Counted from the first letter of the whole stretch, positions 14,615 through 27,249 are shown. The stretch is DNA of 48,416 nt, filler included, from Streblomastix strix (GCA_008636045.1; 2 parts of 2 records of this genome joined end to end with filler, not necessarily neighbours in it), one strand, 5' to 3'. Program-made: numbers and translations. Notes: generated from the sequence alone by a model not told the origin.

Positions 14615-15308
14615 TGCTATAATCATTCAATGATTTTTAAATTACTTTTTAAAGGATTATCTATCTGTGATAAATTTAATGTATTTATTCATTATTAAAC
14701 TGTTTTATTTACTTGTTTTATTTTTAATTGTTTACTTTTTTAATAAATTATTTTCATTTCCATTATCACTTTACTTGTTATTTTTAATGTTTTATTTGAT
14801 ATAAATTAAATTCCTTTAATATTACTTATTTTTTCAGTTTAATCAATTTGACTAGGTCAATAACTTAACAATTTAACTGTAATTCATTTACTCATAGATT
14901 TATTTTATTTTTTTTTGTAATTGTAAATGTATTTAATTTCTCATTATTTTATTTTCTTAAATTTTTTCTCACGAATATTCATTTGTATGATCTCGATATG
15001 AATATTTATGTACGTAATTCACAAACCACTTTTTTATTGTCTTCATTCAAAATATATTTTATTTTGTTGAATATTTCATTTAATTTTGAACTTTATTTAT
15101 TTTATGCGAAATTTCTCTTAATTTGATTTATTATTGTTTATTTTGTTGTTAATGAATTAATAAATATGAAAAATATATCAAATAGTATGAAAAAGTGAAA
15201 TATTATTATATATTAAACACAATCATTACAAATCAATAGCGAAAGAAAGTAAATTGAGAAGTTTCTTAGAAACTAGTTTTTATTTAAATTAAATTAATAA
15301 AAGAAAAA

Positions 15309-16379
15309 TCAATACATTTCATATTACTTGACCATTGCGCTTTATTGAGAACATATTAAGCTCATAATTGTCAACACGCAGTAAGGTCGCTGACTTTTGT
15401 TAATGGAATATAGTTTCTGATGTGAAAGTGAATATCCCCCATCGTAAGTCAATTACTAAGGATGAACCTGATCATATCTTTAATAATATGCTGAAGTACC
15501 ATTATTTCCAACTCCATTAACTACTGGTACAATTGAAGCATTAGTTTATACATTAATAGGATGAGAATGATCATTTCTCGCATATGATTCAACTGTACCA
15601 TAAGATCCTTCTGCTGAATAAGTATTAGGAATAGTACCTACAGTCTGAATTGGATGTTAATGATCAGATCTAGCATAAGAACTTACTTATCCAACAGTAC
15701 CAACAGAAGTATCTTTACTTGGTAAAACATCAGAAACTTATAGTGGATGCTTATGATCTCATCTAGAATACTCAGTTGAAGTTCCTGCAACTCAAGTTCC
15801 ACTATCAGCTAATGGAGTAGCATCACTTGCAGGAGTTACTTAATCAGGAACTATATCTCCACTGTTATACGAATTCTAATCACACATCCATACAGTTCCA
15901 CTTTCAGCTGAGAATGCAAAATCACCATTTGCAGAGTTTTCTAATTATTATATATCTGTGTTCAATAAGAAATATCCTATGAAATAAGTTTATCGATTAA
16001 GTTCATCATTAATTTCATTAATTTATTATTATAAACCACCACTATCTTATGTTATAGTTCCCATTGTTTATTACATCATTTTAACTTCTTATTCTAACGT
16101 AGTTATTTTTGCTAAAAAATCATTATTTAATAAATTTATATTTTTCAATGTCATAACACCGTTAGTTTCCAGTTTCATTGCATAACTCTAAGTATTATCT
16201 ATTGGTACATATATTAATGTGTTTTATTCATCAACTGTCAATGAATATTCACTTCCTGATAATTAACTTCTGGAACTTGATGATTTCCTTGAATATTGTA
16301 TCAAATATTGGAAATCTGATTAAATCAAAGAACGAATAACTTAGATCTATTATTAACTCAAGGTTTTAGCTAATGTCAT
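15309..16379 (-). pseudogene. long fibre-like protein with RxDHxHP repeats (element A), truncated
   Basis: Homologous to 32881-35106 (NSANGDFAFSAESGTVWM, VPDQVTPASD, YARSDHQHP, YARNDHSHP). Homology stops after QQLTYDG (~15438). Two internal TGAs. Confidence 0.8.
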
Positions 16380-16418
16380 GTTTGAATAAAGAAAAAATAA
16401 ATATAATCATACATATTA

Positions 16419-17450
16419 TCATTGATTCTTTAAGATCTCATAACGAGATTCCCATTTATTAAGTATTATGAATTCTTATTTATTAAGAGTTCCATACAGT
16501 AACATAAATTCATCAAAGTCAAGATTCTAAATAGAATTCTCTTCGTATGCTTGTTTTAAATCACTTTCAGATAAATTAACTCCTAAACACATAACATGAG
16601 ATAATATTCTTGCTGTTTTAAATAAGTAACTTGGACGTTAAGCAACAAAGAAAACTGTATTTTTACTGTGTCTACTGTCGGAAACTAAATGAGTTATTGT
16701 CTTAGCTAATCCAGAAGAGAATCTTTAAATATCAGCATTACTTCCTATGTCATCAAATATTAATAATGAATTTAACAGTAAACTATGAAATAATATAGGA
16801 ATTTTTATTACTTTTAATTCAGCATCGGCTGATGTATCTTATGGTACGATTTTTAATTTCTTTTCGAATTACACATTATGAATCATTGCTGGAATAGTAA
16901 ATCTCATTATTTTTGTTGGAACACTGTATTTTATAATTATATCGATACATTCTTTTTAAAATAAATCTGCAATTCGTTTTACATAGTCTTTTTAAGATTC
17001 TTTAAGCTTCTCTTTAATTGGATTAGTTATTAATATTCTTTCCTTCATTCGTTATATGAAATCTGATTTATAAGGTACGTTAACTTCTCTTAGTTTCCAG
17101 TACGTATAGATTTCTTTAACTTAATATTTAATTTCATCAAATTAAGGAAGGAAATACATAGCTTCATCGTATGTTATATTAGTTAAGACTATATTCTTAG
17201 AGTTTAGATTCAATGCCATAGTCTCATCAGCACCAAAATTAGAGAAATATAAAATGAATGGATTGATTTTTTATTTGTAGATTACTATCAGTTTACTTAA
17301 TAAAGTTGTTTTACCTGAACCAACTGCACCAACTATATAATGATTCCCATTGATTAAGAATAATGAATTCCTTGTCAATGGCTTGGTTTTATATTCATCT
17401 AACATAGAATTATCGGTGAAAGTCACAGATTATATCTCAGATAACGTCAT
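16419..17450 (-). CDS. A32/FtsK-HerA-type DNA packaging ATPase (343 aa, apparently intact)
   Basis: Walker A GAVGSGKTT, Walker B LLIFDD, SRH (Arg-finger position) and sensor VFFVAQ, with the Q encoded by TAA. Confidence 0.9.
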
Positions 17451-17473
17451 TATATTTATTATAAAACAAACAT

Positions 17474-17872
17474 ATGTTAAATGTTATAATAATAGTAATA
17501 AATTCTATATTTTATGGACTTAACTTCATTGTATCTATAATTTCTCTTTCAATTCCTAAGTAATTAACAGACATTATTGCATTAATAAAATAATTATGGA
17601 GTTATTTTGAAGTGATTCTAGTTCCTATTAATATAATTATATATATATTTCAGTTTGTTTATCGAAGGAGAAAGAAATTAAAAATGGAATCATAAGAGAA
17701 ACCAAATATTAATTAAATAACTTATTTCCATTGGTCTAAGTATTCGAATGAATAAATAGAGGAATTCATTAAAGAAGCAATAGAAAAATAAGACGAGGAA
17801 CTTGCTAAGATGTGGAGATATATATTGTATTTAAAGTTATTGAATCTTAAAACATATGATAATGCTAATTGA
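17474..17872 (+). CDS. membrane protein (hydrophobic N-half, HWS...WRYILYLK C-domain), 132 aa
   Basis: Open frame with TAR=Gln; homologous to 35804-36172. Confidence 0.7.
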
Positions 17873-17940
17873 AACGCTGAGCGTTACTGTAAAGTTTCAC
17901 TTTTCAGAAGTGTAATTAAATCAATTTATTTTTAAATTTA

Positions 17941-18711
17941 TCAATCTGCCGATTAGTTATGAATTGCATATGAATCACATACTTAAACAACAAAATCATC
18001 TGGTAAACTTAGTTAACACATTGTATTTATAATAACATTACCATTAGGATTAATAAAACAATCTAAAGCAATTGCACCAGTCCAATCTATTGGATAACCA
18101 ATAACTCTTTATGCAAACATAACTGCATTTAATTGTATGTTACTTGGTGTTCCAGTGAATTTTGGTTTAATAGCATTATCAACGATTGAGAATAAAGTAT
18201 ATCCTGATTACCATACTGTATTTGGATCTGAATGCTTCATTAACATTGAAAGATATACTCTACTATTTTATGTTGTTAAAGTACCCCATAATCGTGTTTC
18301 GTACATTCCATAAGCAATTGCTGAATAACGTGCATTTTCAATTGGTTCATAATCTAATTTATCTTTATCAATAGTATCTCCATTAGCTAATAATATTTAA
18401 TTACTTGTTCCACCTAATTTAATGATTCTATTAGCTGTAATAGGCTATGTAAATGACTTGATTCCTGTAATAACTTACGCTGTGTTTAATGTTACTAAGT
18501 CAGATAAAGATGTTTTCTTAAAGAATTAACTAAAATAAGTAAAATATTTTAATATTTCATTATCTATTTGTTAAGTTATTTATTTTTACAACTTCTGTAG
18601 TGATTCTATTTCTTATTATTATTTCTTCATCTTCTCATATTCTAATTACATTTCTCTTAATTCATCTTCTGTTGGATCCTCCAAATCACTTGTAATTTAT
18701 TACTCTTCCAT
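17941..18711 (-). CDS. short fibre-like protein (256 aa, intact)
   Basis: Coiled-coil N-terminus, VTLNTAQVITGIKSF and GGTSNQILLANGD phage-fibre-type motifs, beta-rich C-domain; homologous to 29654-30411. Confidence 0.7.
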
Positions 18712-18753
18712 TGGTTTTCAACAAAAATAAACAATTTCATAATGATGTTATAT

Positions 18754-19512
18754 TCAAAAATCATCAGGACCAATATCTGATTCTAGTTTGTCAGATAATC
18801 TAACGAAATCCTTATTAACTCGATACAACTTCTCGATACTATTCCATAACACATTATCTATGTTAGAAATTGAGACATTCTTGATGAGCACATCATCCAC
18901 TCTTATAATTTCTTTTTTCTTGTATTTTTTCGAAGTACAACTATTATATCTCATCAGTGGTTCTTCCATTACAACTTTAATATCTTTTTCTTCTTCTTAT
19001 GTTAGAAGTGATCAGAGTTTGATGTAATTATCACTGTTAAATATGAAATCCTCACCTTTCTTACGGGAATCAACACATCTCCAGATGCAATCTATGATGA
19101 ATTTCTGTACTTCTAAGTTAGGATGTGATAAGTATGTATCCTTTACAACTTATTCTGGTTCAACTTAAGCAGTTTCACGTGGAACTTCTTTACATTTGTG
19201 AATATTGTATGCATAACATCGTGGGCGATCTGTTTGTATTCCTCTTTAGAATTCCTCCTATTCATCGATTATTAAATCCCTGGATTAAACCTGTTCGGTC
19301 TCCATGTTGCTCAGTTTATGTGAAAATATAGGTTAGAGCTGGTTCCGTGGAATTTAAAGCTGCGGAATTTACACCGCTTTTCTAAAACCATTTGTAATCG
19401 CGTCATCAATTGCTTATAATCTCGTCTTATCTTCTTCTGAAAGTTCTTTCTTAACAGTACTCGCATGCTTACTTTTATGAACTCTAATCTGATTCGTTTG
19501 GATTGCTGTCAT
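18754..19512 (-). pseudogene. conserved orphan X (one internal TGA at a Trp position)
   Basis: Aligns with 28441-29163 (TYLSH.NLEV.KFIID, SDN.IKLWSL, EEPLMR, LYR.N.DF.RLSD). Confidence 0.75.
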
Positions 19513-19552
19513 AATTTTGAGTTTAAATAAAATCAAATCAGAGTCAGTAAAT

Positions 19553-20179
19553 ATGAATCAAGCATAAGCACTCAAGAATTTTATGGAAAACGGTACATCA
19601 ATCGAGTATTTCAATAACGGATATATTATATAAGTTAAAGATAAGATCAAAGTATATGAAGAAGGAAAGAAATCTGCAAGAATTTTAACATAAGCTTAGT
19701 AAACTAAATTGTTATTGGAAGCACGAGGCGGAGGTTAAGGAAAACCTAAACTAACATTAAAAAGACATGTTGAACAAAACAGCGATGATGCTGAAGAGCA
19801 AACATCATTAAATGATCGTAAATTCATTTAAGAAGACTAATTAATGAATGACTATGACGATGATGATTAAGATATTGTAGAATTGCCAAGACAAACACCA
19901 AAACCAACACCTAAGAAAATTATTAAGAAGCCATAGATTAACTACACTTCACCTTAAGTGGATTTAGAAGAATTAATACGATTACGTACTGAAAACTAGT
20001 TTATTAAGTAATAACATCAAGATTCAGTAAAGTAAATCGAAAAATATAAAGCAAAAATCAAATCTTACAAATCAAAGAAGTATTAAGAAGAATAAGAACC
20101 ACTTCCGCCTATTCCAGTTTAAGAATAGGAATAGGAGTAAGTTTAAGAAATGTAATTCAGAGATTGCGATTTAATTTGA
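19553..20179 (+). CDS. conserved orphan Y (208 aa), transcribed divergently from X
   Basis: Aligns with 27791-28417 (IEYF.NGY, EEGKK, ARGG, DLEELIRLRTEN). Confidence 0.75.
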
Positions 20180-20190
20180 TTTTTAGCAGC

Positions 20191-21672
20191 TCATTATGTC
20201 TAAATTTCTAATAGAAGGTTGTTATACATATCCATAAATTAATTAGGTATTTTTCTACCATAATTATCATACAATGTAAATATTACTGATTTATTTTATC
20301 CTATATTACATTACTGAGATAACATATTCTAACCCCATAATACAGGTGCAGCAATAAAATTTTACTTATAACATACGTTAGAGAATCCTTAACCACCAAT
20401 TCCTTACAGTGTAATACCCTGCAATTAATTTGAAACTGTTATGATAAGCATCTGAGGATATTACTGGAAATTTCCTATGAATGGACATTAAATTGGAGTA
20501 TCAGCGAGTAAACTCTAATTATTATATTGAGATTTATAGTACCAAGTTTCCAAATCAATGAATTTCACTGATGATGAATTATTAACAATAGAATTTGCAC
20601 CATTCTCAGATAATCCGTCATATAAATCTAATGCACCAGTTAATTACACGAATAAATTAGGTGATACAACAATTCTTTTAGGTTACCATAACAATTATTA
20701 ATTAGCAGTGTAATTCATAGATGAAAACTACGTTAATACATCAGGAATATACTAACTATAATACTAAAGTCTGTTAACAGCAGTGTATATTAAGTCCCAA
20801 TCATAAGAATTCTAACCAGGGAATGATGAAATTATCCTTATTGGGAATGTATTGATACTATTTATGATGGATTACATAGTTGGTTATTAAATATTCATTG
20901 GTAATGCAATTACTTCTTAGATAGTTTAAGCATCATTGATATTGTATTATTTCCCATGCAAATATCTTATTTTAACTGAATGAACTGAGGTTGTTGTCAA
21001 GAATGGTTCAATAGTTGTTATGAAATTATTGATTGTTGGACAATACAAACGAATTATACCAATTAATCTATAGAAACAGCCATTACTAAGCATAAAATAC
21101 TTATAAAGAAATGAATCTAATCTCAGATTTATATAATTAATTGCTGATGATACAATATCTTATCCATCATTAATATTCAATGAGAATTTTCCATCTGCTA
21201 ATTTCTATGTATGTTCATTAGCAGCATTATTAAAACAGATTGCACCACGATTACTTGTATTTGAAGTTCTGAAGTATTATTCTTATGTATCAACGAATTC
21301 ATCTTATTATGCTGTTGTAATACACATAACTAACGGTGCATATTAATATCCTTGATAATTCTATTCGTTTGTGAATCTATTATTGATTGTTGTATTGAAA
21401 TTTATTTTTATAACTGGAATTTCCGTTAATTCAATTAATTTGTAAGTTCCATTAGGATTCGATAATTATTCATAATATTTCTTATTTGCTGTTGATTTCA
21501 TATTATGTTATATCTCTAAATAATCTTGATTTAGGTAATAAGTAAGGTTTATTGGCATATTATTAAGAGAATTCACTTGAAACGAGTTTGAACCACTTGG
21601 AATAGAAGTTTTCCATTGAATGAATTCAGAATCTGAGTCAGAACATATAATTTATAAACCAAGTTACGACAT
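20191..21672 (-). CDS. putative minor capsid (penton) protein, 493 aa
   Basis: Homologous to 41863-43332. C-terminus SVIFTLYDNYGRKIPNQFM...LLLEI resembles the Polinton/virophage penton C-terminal hxLxDxxGxxh...LxF pattern. Confidence 0.6.
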
Positions 21673-21714
21673 CTTTGAACAATAATCAAAAATAAAAATT
21701 GAATCATACATTCG

Positions 21715-21936
21715 TCAGCGTTCGTTTAGGAATTAAATAAGCTTTAATTATGCTTCTTATCCGCTTGTTTCTTATGCAATCTTAATGATTTCATTGAGTT
21801 TTTCCATTTTAAGTCGTTTATTGTATTGACGTAAGATAAATCTTAATTCAATTTCAGGATCCGATTTTGTTGCAACACATAACAAAGAACTTAAAAAATT
21901 GTTATAAACAAGAAATTCTTCAACAGTAATAAGCAT
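21715..21936 (-). CDS. conserved orphan Z (73 aa)
   Basis: ATKSDPEIELRFILRQYNKRLKME aligns with 43384-43608. Confidence 0.75.
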
Positions 21937-21981
21937 TTGATTTAACCAAAATGAAAAATAATTTTATTACGCATTTTCCGA

Positions 21982-22107
21982 TCATTTTTGTTTAAGAAGA
22001 TTAACGATCTGTACTACGAGTAATATGCACGATGAAATACCTATCAATAAATCCCAGCTTGTTGCGACTGCGCCAGCTCGTCGCTAAATTGCTTGCAATT
22101 TTTTCAT
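21982..22107 (-). CDS. small single-TM peptide (41 aa)
   Basis: WDLLIGISSCILLVVQIVNLLKQK is similar to LDILIIISSILLIVTLLKQ encoded from ATG 43761. Confidence 0.5.
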
Positions 22108-22146
22108 ATTTGTTTTATACTCACTTTGTATTTAACTTAAAACAAA

Positions 22147-23116
22147 ATGTCAAAGAAAGGCAAAAAACGATTAATACCTGCAGATGCAATACCTAAAACA
22201 TATTAGGAAGACATGGCATAAAGAGGTACTATATTTATTGATGGTGAAGAAGTTGATCTTAATTAAGTGGCTAAAGTTCCATAAATATTGAAACATTAAA
22301 GAACCTTACTTAAAAAAACATATGGGCACAATATAAAAATAAAGAATTATAGATAAAATTAGAACTACAGATCCATCACTTACTCAGAAAGAAGCTACAA
22401 TAGGATTACTAGGTTTAACTAATAAAACAATGAATAGATAAACCTACGGTTAATACTTTGGTGAAGATTTAAGATCAGAATTTCTTGAGAATGCATTAAT
22501 GATAAATAATGAAGGGAAACTAGTTACAGAAAAATTTATAGAGAATTCATAACGATATGAATAAAATCCTAATGCAAGATTAGCTGAATCATCTATGTAA
22601 TTAGGACGTTTTTCGCCAGTTTTAAGCCCGGAACAATTAAATAATGAGATTATGTATTCGGGTTCATAGAAGTAAAAAGAAAAGGAAAATTAAAGAATTG
22701 ATGATATTTACGATATTCAATCTTAATAAGATCTTGGATAAAGTTCATCATTTGAAGATTAACCTCCAACAATGCCGTTAATGCAGGAGAAACTCTTAGA
22801 AAAGCAATAATAAGCAATTGAAAAAGATCTTGTATCATAGGAAAATCTTGCATAAATCTATGATATTGGTTCATTGGATTGGGGTAGAATGCCAGTTAAT
22901 GATTAATTTAACAGATAATAATTCAAAACTCAAAAGACTGGTTATTAAATGAATGCAGATGGTTCAATATCTGCAATTATCAAGAAAGAAATTACAAAAA
23001 TAACACCTGGGGAAAAGAAACCAAAAACAAAAAAGAATTATATTCTAACAAGTTAATTATTGTAATCTGCAAAGGAATAAAGTAGCTTTAAGAAAAAGAA
23101 ACGTGTTAAAAAATGA
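22147..23116 (+). pseudogene. orphan with basic termini (candidate core/DNA-binding protein), frameshift near 22312
   Basis: LNQVAKVPQIL and IYDIGSLDWG align with 43799-44833. Frame change falls in an A-run. Confidence 0.65.
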
Positions 23117-23120
23117 TAAA

Positions 23121-23809
23121 ACTCTTTAGAGCAGCAACGAAGTTACAATCAATTAAATTTTTCAAATTTTTTCCGATTCGCTTTATAACTCTTTAGAGCA
23201 GCAACGAAGTTGCAATTCCTCATGCTCATTGCATTCGTGCTCCAAAGAGTCATCATTTTTGTTTAAAAATTAATCAAATTTATTTATTATTTTATGCATT
23301 TTATCGATTTCTGCAGAATCTGTAATAATCATATTTTACAATCTTTTTATGAGAAGTTATTAGGAATCTGATTAATTCTGTTTAAAATATTATTTTTACT
23401 TTGCATACTTAATTGCACATAGTTTTCGTTATTACTTTGCAACTTATTAAGCTTGTTCTTTTGTTTGATATTTATATTATCTTCCACGTTATTTTTAAGT
23501 TTTAACAATGCTTTGTTCGGGGAATTTCTCCGGCAACGAGGTTACAGGCTCCGAATTGCTAGGAATTTTAGGTTTTATTTACGCCGCTTAAGCGGCTTAC
23601 TAACTAAAGTTAGCAGGCAACGAAGCGACACCAAATGTTGTCGAGCTTCGCTCGGTTGCTTAATCACTTCGTGAGCGACCCTTCGGGTTGTCGAACTCCG
23701 TTCGGTACGTTTTAGGTAGTTTTTTAACTGCTGCCAATGTTTCAAGTACAATTTATTAAATTTATTCCTTTTCCATTTTACTCTCTGAAAGATTAAGCAA
23801 CGAAGTTGC
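23121..23809. repeat. cluster of GC-rich mini-hairpins and a short direct repeat
   Basis: ACTCTTTAGAGCAGCAACGAAGTTRCAAT at 23121 and 23188; GCAAC-GAA-GTTGC at 23201 and 23797; GCCGC-TTAA-GCGGC at 23583; CGAGC-TTC-GCTCG at 23642; TCAC-TTC-GTGA at 23664; ACCC-TTC-GGGT at 23678; CGAAC-TCC-GTTCG at 23692. Confidence 0.85.
23162..23776 (-). CDS. AT-hook-like basic protein extended by in-frame palindromic DNA (204 aa)
   Basis: Core KQRGRQYKYQTKEQAQQVAK aligns with KVGRPKKYFTEQEAQEMAK (44842-45093). Open frame with TAR=Gln. Confidence 0.55.
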
Positions 23810-23868
23810 GTATTTGGAATTTTTCAAAAATAATTTTTTCACGGATGAATAAGTTTAATATAATTAAA

Positions 23869-24162
23869 TCAATTTAAAAATTAATCTTTAAATTTTTTAA
23901 ATTACGGTGAATTTAGTTATTATTCATTTTCACAGACAAATTTTGTATAATATATCGGTACAGTTATCCTATCCAAATCCGTAAATGGTTTTAATAATAA
24001 ACATTCAACATTTCCGTTATCATATTTAATAAATTTGGCTAATTCATTGAAATTTCTTCTTTATTTCATGTAACGATGCATTGTACGTAAATAATCAACA
24101 TGAATCATTAAAATATTTCCTGGTTTATATTTAGTAAATCCTTAATCTTATTAATCTTATTT
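23869..24162 (-). CDS. C-terminal part of the element A integrase (5' part lost at the gap)
   Basis: KPGNILMIHVD...KQRRNFNELAKFIKYDNGNVECLLLKPF...PIYYT aligns with the C-terminus of 45114-46271. Confidence 0.8.
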
Positions 24163-24164
24163 CA

Positions 24165-24264
24165 NNNNNNNNNNNNNNNNNNNNNNNNNNNNNNNNNNNN
24201 NNNNNNNNTTAATTAATTAANNNNNNNNNNNNNNNNNNNNNNNNNNNNNNNNNNNNNNNNNNNN
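24165..24264. other. artificial contig-joining spacer
   Basis: 44 N + TTAATTAATTAA + 44 N = exactly 100 bp, a six-frame-stop linker. Confidence 0.9.
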
Positions 24265-25212
24265 TTTGTTGGGAGTGAAACAGAGAAGAAAAGTATTTTG
24301 GATTAACAGGAAAATGTTTGCCAAAAGTAACATAAATGCAAAAATGATAAATAAATCATCAAAATTACCTAATGTTAGGAGTAACAAGCGAATTATTTTA
24401 ATAAATTTTTAATTAAGCGCATTTATTTAGAAAAATAATGATAAACTAGTAAATTGAAGGACAATCAAGAAGAAAAAAATAATTTAATAAATAAATAATA
24501 TTTATAATTACAAAGCGTGAATTGGTTGGTGGAAAAATCTAAATTTAACAAAAAAAAATTTTTTTCGGATAAAGATATATAACCGTTTGATAGTAAGGAC
24601 AAATTATAATAATAACGAAGATTTTATTAAGAATTATAGATTTATTTCTCTACTGAACTTATTTCCAGAGAGAAAACAGCGAGCCAAAATTAATAGTTAA
24701 TAAAGTTTACCATATAAATTTTATTGTTTATTTTGGATTTTATTTTACAAAATTAAATAGGTCTGTTTTTGTTTACAAGATACAAATGATTGAAATGCAC
24801 CTTTTACAGAGAGAAAAATTAAAAATGCTTGTTTCTTTTTTCTTCTATTATTATAATCACAATATATTAGACAATGCTATTGCACAGTAAAATTGCAAAT
24901 TTTTAACAACTAAATTAGCATAATTTTAAAAGATTTTCTAACTTTTATATTAAATTTATATTAATTATTCAAAATTAAAATCATCATTTATTTTTATTTA
25001 TTTTAATTTTCCATTTATTTTTAATTATCTTTTTATATAAATATTTATTTGTCATATTTTTTACATACTAGAAATTATTTTTTTCATAATTTTATTTGAT
25101 CTATTCATTGATTTCAATTACTTTTTTACTCGTTTTAAACTGCCTGGAAGATTTTAATAATTTACCTTAAATTCTTTTTTTAAAATTTTTTATAAAGAAA
25201 AAGTTAAGAAAT

Positions 25213-26394
25213 AAGTATATCGTTAGGAGAAAATGTCCGTACGAGTAAGGTAACATCGCCATCTTTAATCAACCAACAATTATCTAAATATACTTTATAT
25301 AAGAACGTTATTAAATAGAAAACGGGAGATTATTATAAATATTCAATCATCTAAAAAATAAAAAAACTTATAAGTCTTTATTTTTTCAATTATATAGACT
25401 TTTTTTTGTAGCAGTTCAATTTTTTCTAAATATCTTTCAGAAAAAATATGAAATAATTGAACATGTAACTCAAATAATCATCTCATTTGCCCAGAAATTT
25501 ACTAATCTAAATTAATAAATTGATTAGAAATTAAATAACTCTTTTAATTAATTCTAAACAATATAACAATTTCATCTATCTTAATCTATTGCATATGGAG
25601 CATTATATTTTCTATAATAATTGCTTGATAGTATTTAATCTGTTTGTAACCAATTCTCTCTAATTCCAGGAATTATTGAATCATTGATCTCTCTTTAGAA
25701 ATATAAAAGAGAAATTCATGAATATTAATAACCAGATTTATAATTAGTAAATATAAGAAATTGTAGTTTTGATTGCATCTCCTATATTTAAAACTATGGA
25801 TCATATGAATTAAAGAAAAGAGTTTATTTACAATATAGATTTAGCAGATAATGTATTGAAGGTATTGGAATTGGATAAGGATGTGAAGAATCGAATGATA
25901 TTTATGTTCTGAGAGTAACTATTCAATTCGGTATTATTTACAAGGATATTAATAAATAATAATTACAACTACTACTGCAACAATTACAACAATAATAATA
26001 TGAAGAATATTAATATAATGAATATGATGAATATGAAAAAGAAGATTAAATACAGATATAACAATAATTATAATAAAAACATTAATAATTATAAAAATTA
26101 AAATAATAATGTGAAATAATTCGTGAATTTAGATGTTAAATAGACGAGTAAATAGAAGATGAAGGAGGAATGGAAGAAATTTATTCATTCAAGGTGAAAA
26201 ACGAGACTAAAAATTCAGTTTACTGGGATGCACTTGCATTTGAACAAGAAATATATAAAGTAAAGATCTATTTGATAGATGAATAAAAACAGTCTTTTTT
26301 GTTTTTATAAGATATATTAAAAGATAATCTTTATGATTATAAAAATGATGAAGAAGATGAAGCGAATAATAACAATTAAATATATTATCACTGA
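25213..26394 (+). pseudogene. degenerate host hypothetical protein (Q/E-rich)
   Basis: Coding-like 3' frame (...CQIDEQIEDEGGMEEIYS...) ending at TGA 26392-26394. The 5' part is interrupted; no recognisable domain. Confidence 0.3.
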
Positions 26395-26436
26395 AAATAT
26401 TATTCCATTAAAAATGGTGTAAAATTATGCAGTATC

Positions 26437-27007
26437 AGTAGTATAGTAAGAAGAAGTTTGTGGCAACTTCAAAATCATATTAATTTATATCAATTTGCCC
26501 ACGATTATAGAATCGGTATGATAAATTGATTTTATTTAATATGATTTTAAACCTGCAACAACCAATCTTCTTCAAACCTATAGAATAAACATATTCGAAA
26601 GCATTAATCCACAACACTAATACAAAGTATGAATAAATAAGCGTTAATCTTAAAAATTAACGCAGCGATAAACGTTGTGGATTAATTATGTGTATTGTCA
26701 TATATATGAACGATAACGATTATTCAAGCGCATGTTCTTAATTTATTATTAAAAAATATAAAGAGTTAACCAATAAAGTTGGTCTTTTTAAAAAATTGTG
26801 TGGAGCAGCGAGTAGGATTGTTTGTTCGGTTTGATTTTTGGGTTAATATTTTATAAAAATGTGTATGAGTAATAATTCAAAGAATTACTGAATAAAAATT
26901 TACGTTTTTCGATTAGCGCAATTTTGCTGCGTTATGTGGGGTCGAGAAAAATCTGTTCGCTTATATGAATGATTTATTAATAAAATAAATGTAAAAATAA
27001 ATTATAT
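26437..27007 (+). repeat. left terminal inverted repeat (~570 bp)
   Basis: Reverse complement of 46253-46822, with about four isolated substitutions plus a short divergent patch near 26915-26940. Confidence 0.95.
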
Positions 27008-27032
27008 GTTATCTAATAAAAAATAATCAAAA

Positions 27033-27224
27033 TCATTTTTTATTAAGATAAACCTCAGCTATACGTATTGAAACTCGTGTATGATTAAGCAAAGAATATA
27101 GGTGGTTTACTTATTTTTTCTTAAGATCTATATCAAAATCAACAATTTCTTTGGTCTTTTATTTATATTCGTTTTATAGTTATACTTCTTGTTGTTTAAG
27201 AAAATCATATTGCGTCTAATCCAT
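27033..27224 (-). CDS. orphan, 63 aa (MDQTQYDFLKQQEV...)
   Basis: ATG after an A-rich leader to TGA, open with TAR=Gln; packed tightly with neighbours. Confidence 0.5.
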
Positions 27225-27249
27225 TTTAAAACGGGAACAAAAATAATAA

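Larger units (their letters stand above)
15438..24164. mobile_element. truncated Polinton-like element A, a divergent relative of element B
   Basis: Twelve ORFs each have a recognisable homologue in element B (fibres, ATPase, penton-like, integrase C-terminus, orphans). Left end breaks inside the fibre gene; right end is cut by the assembly gap. No TIR visible. Confidence 0.85.

Noticed and set aside
24165..24264. Physical adjacency (tandem or nested cluster) of elements A and B
   Set aside because: They are separated by an artificial 100-bp linker, so linkage is unproven. TTAATTAATTAA is not a biological site.
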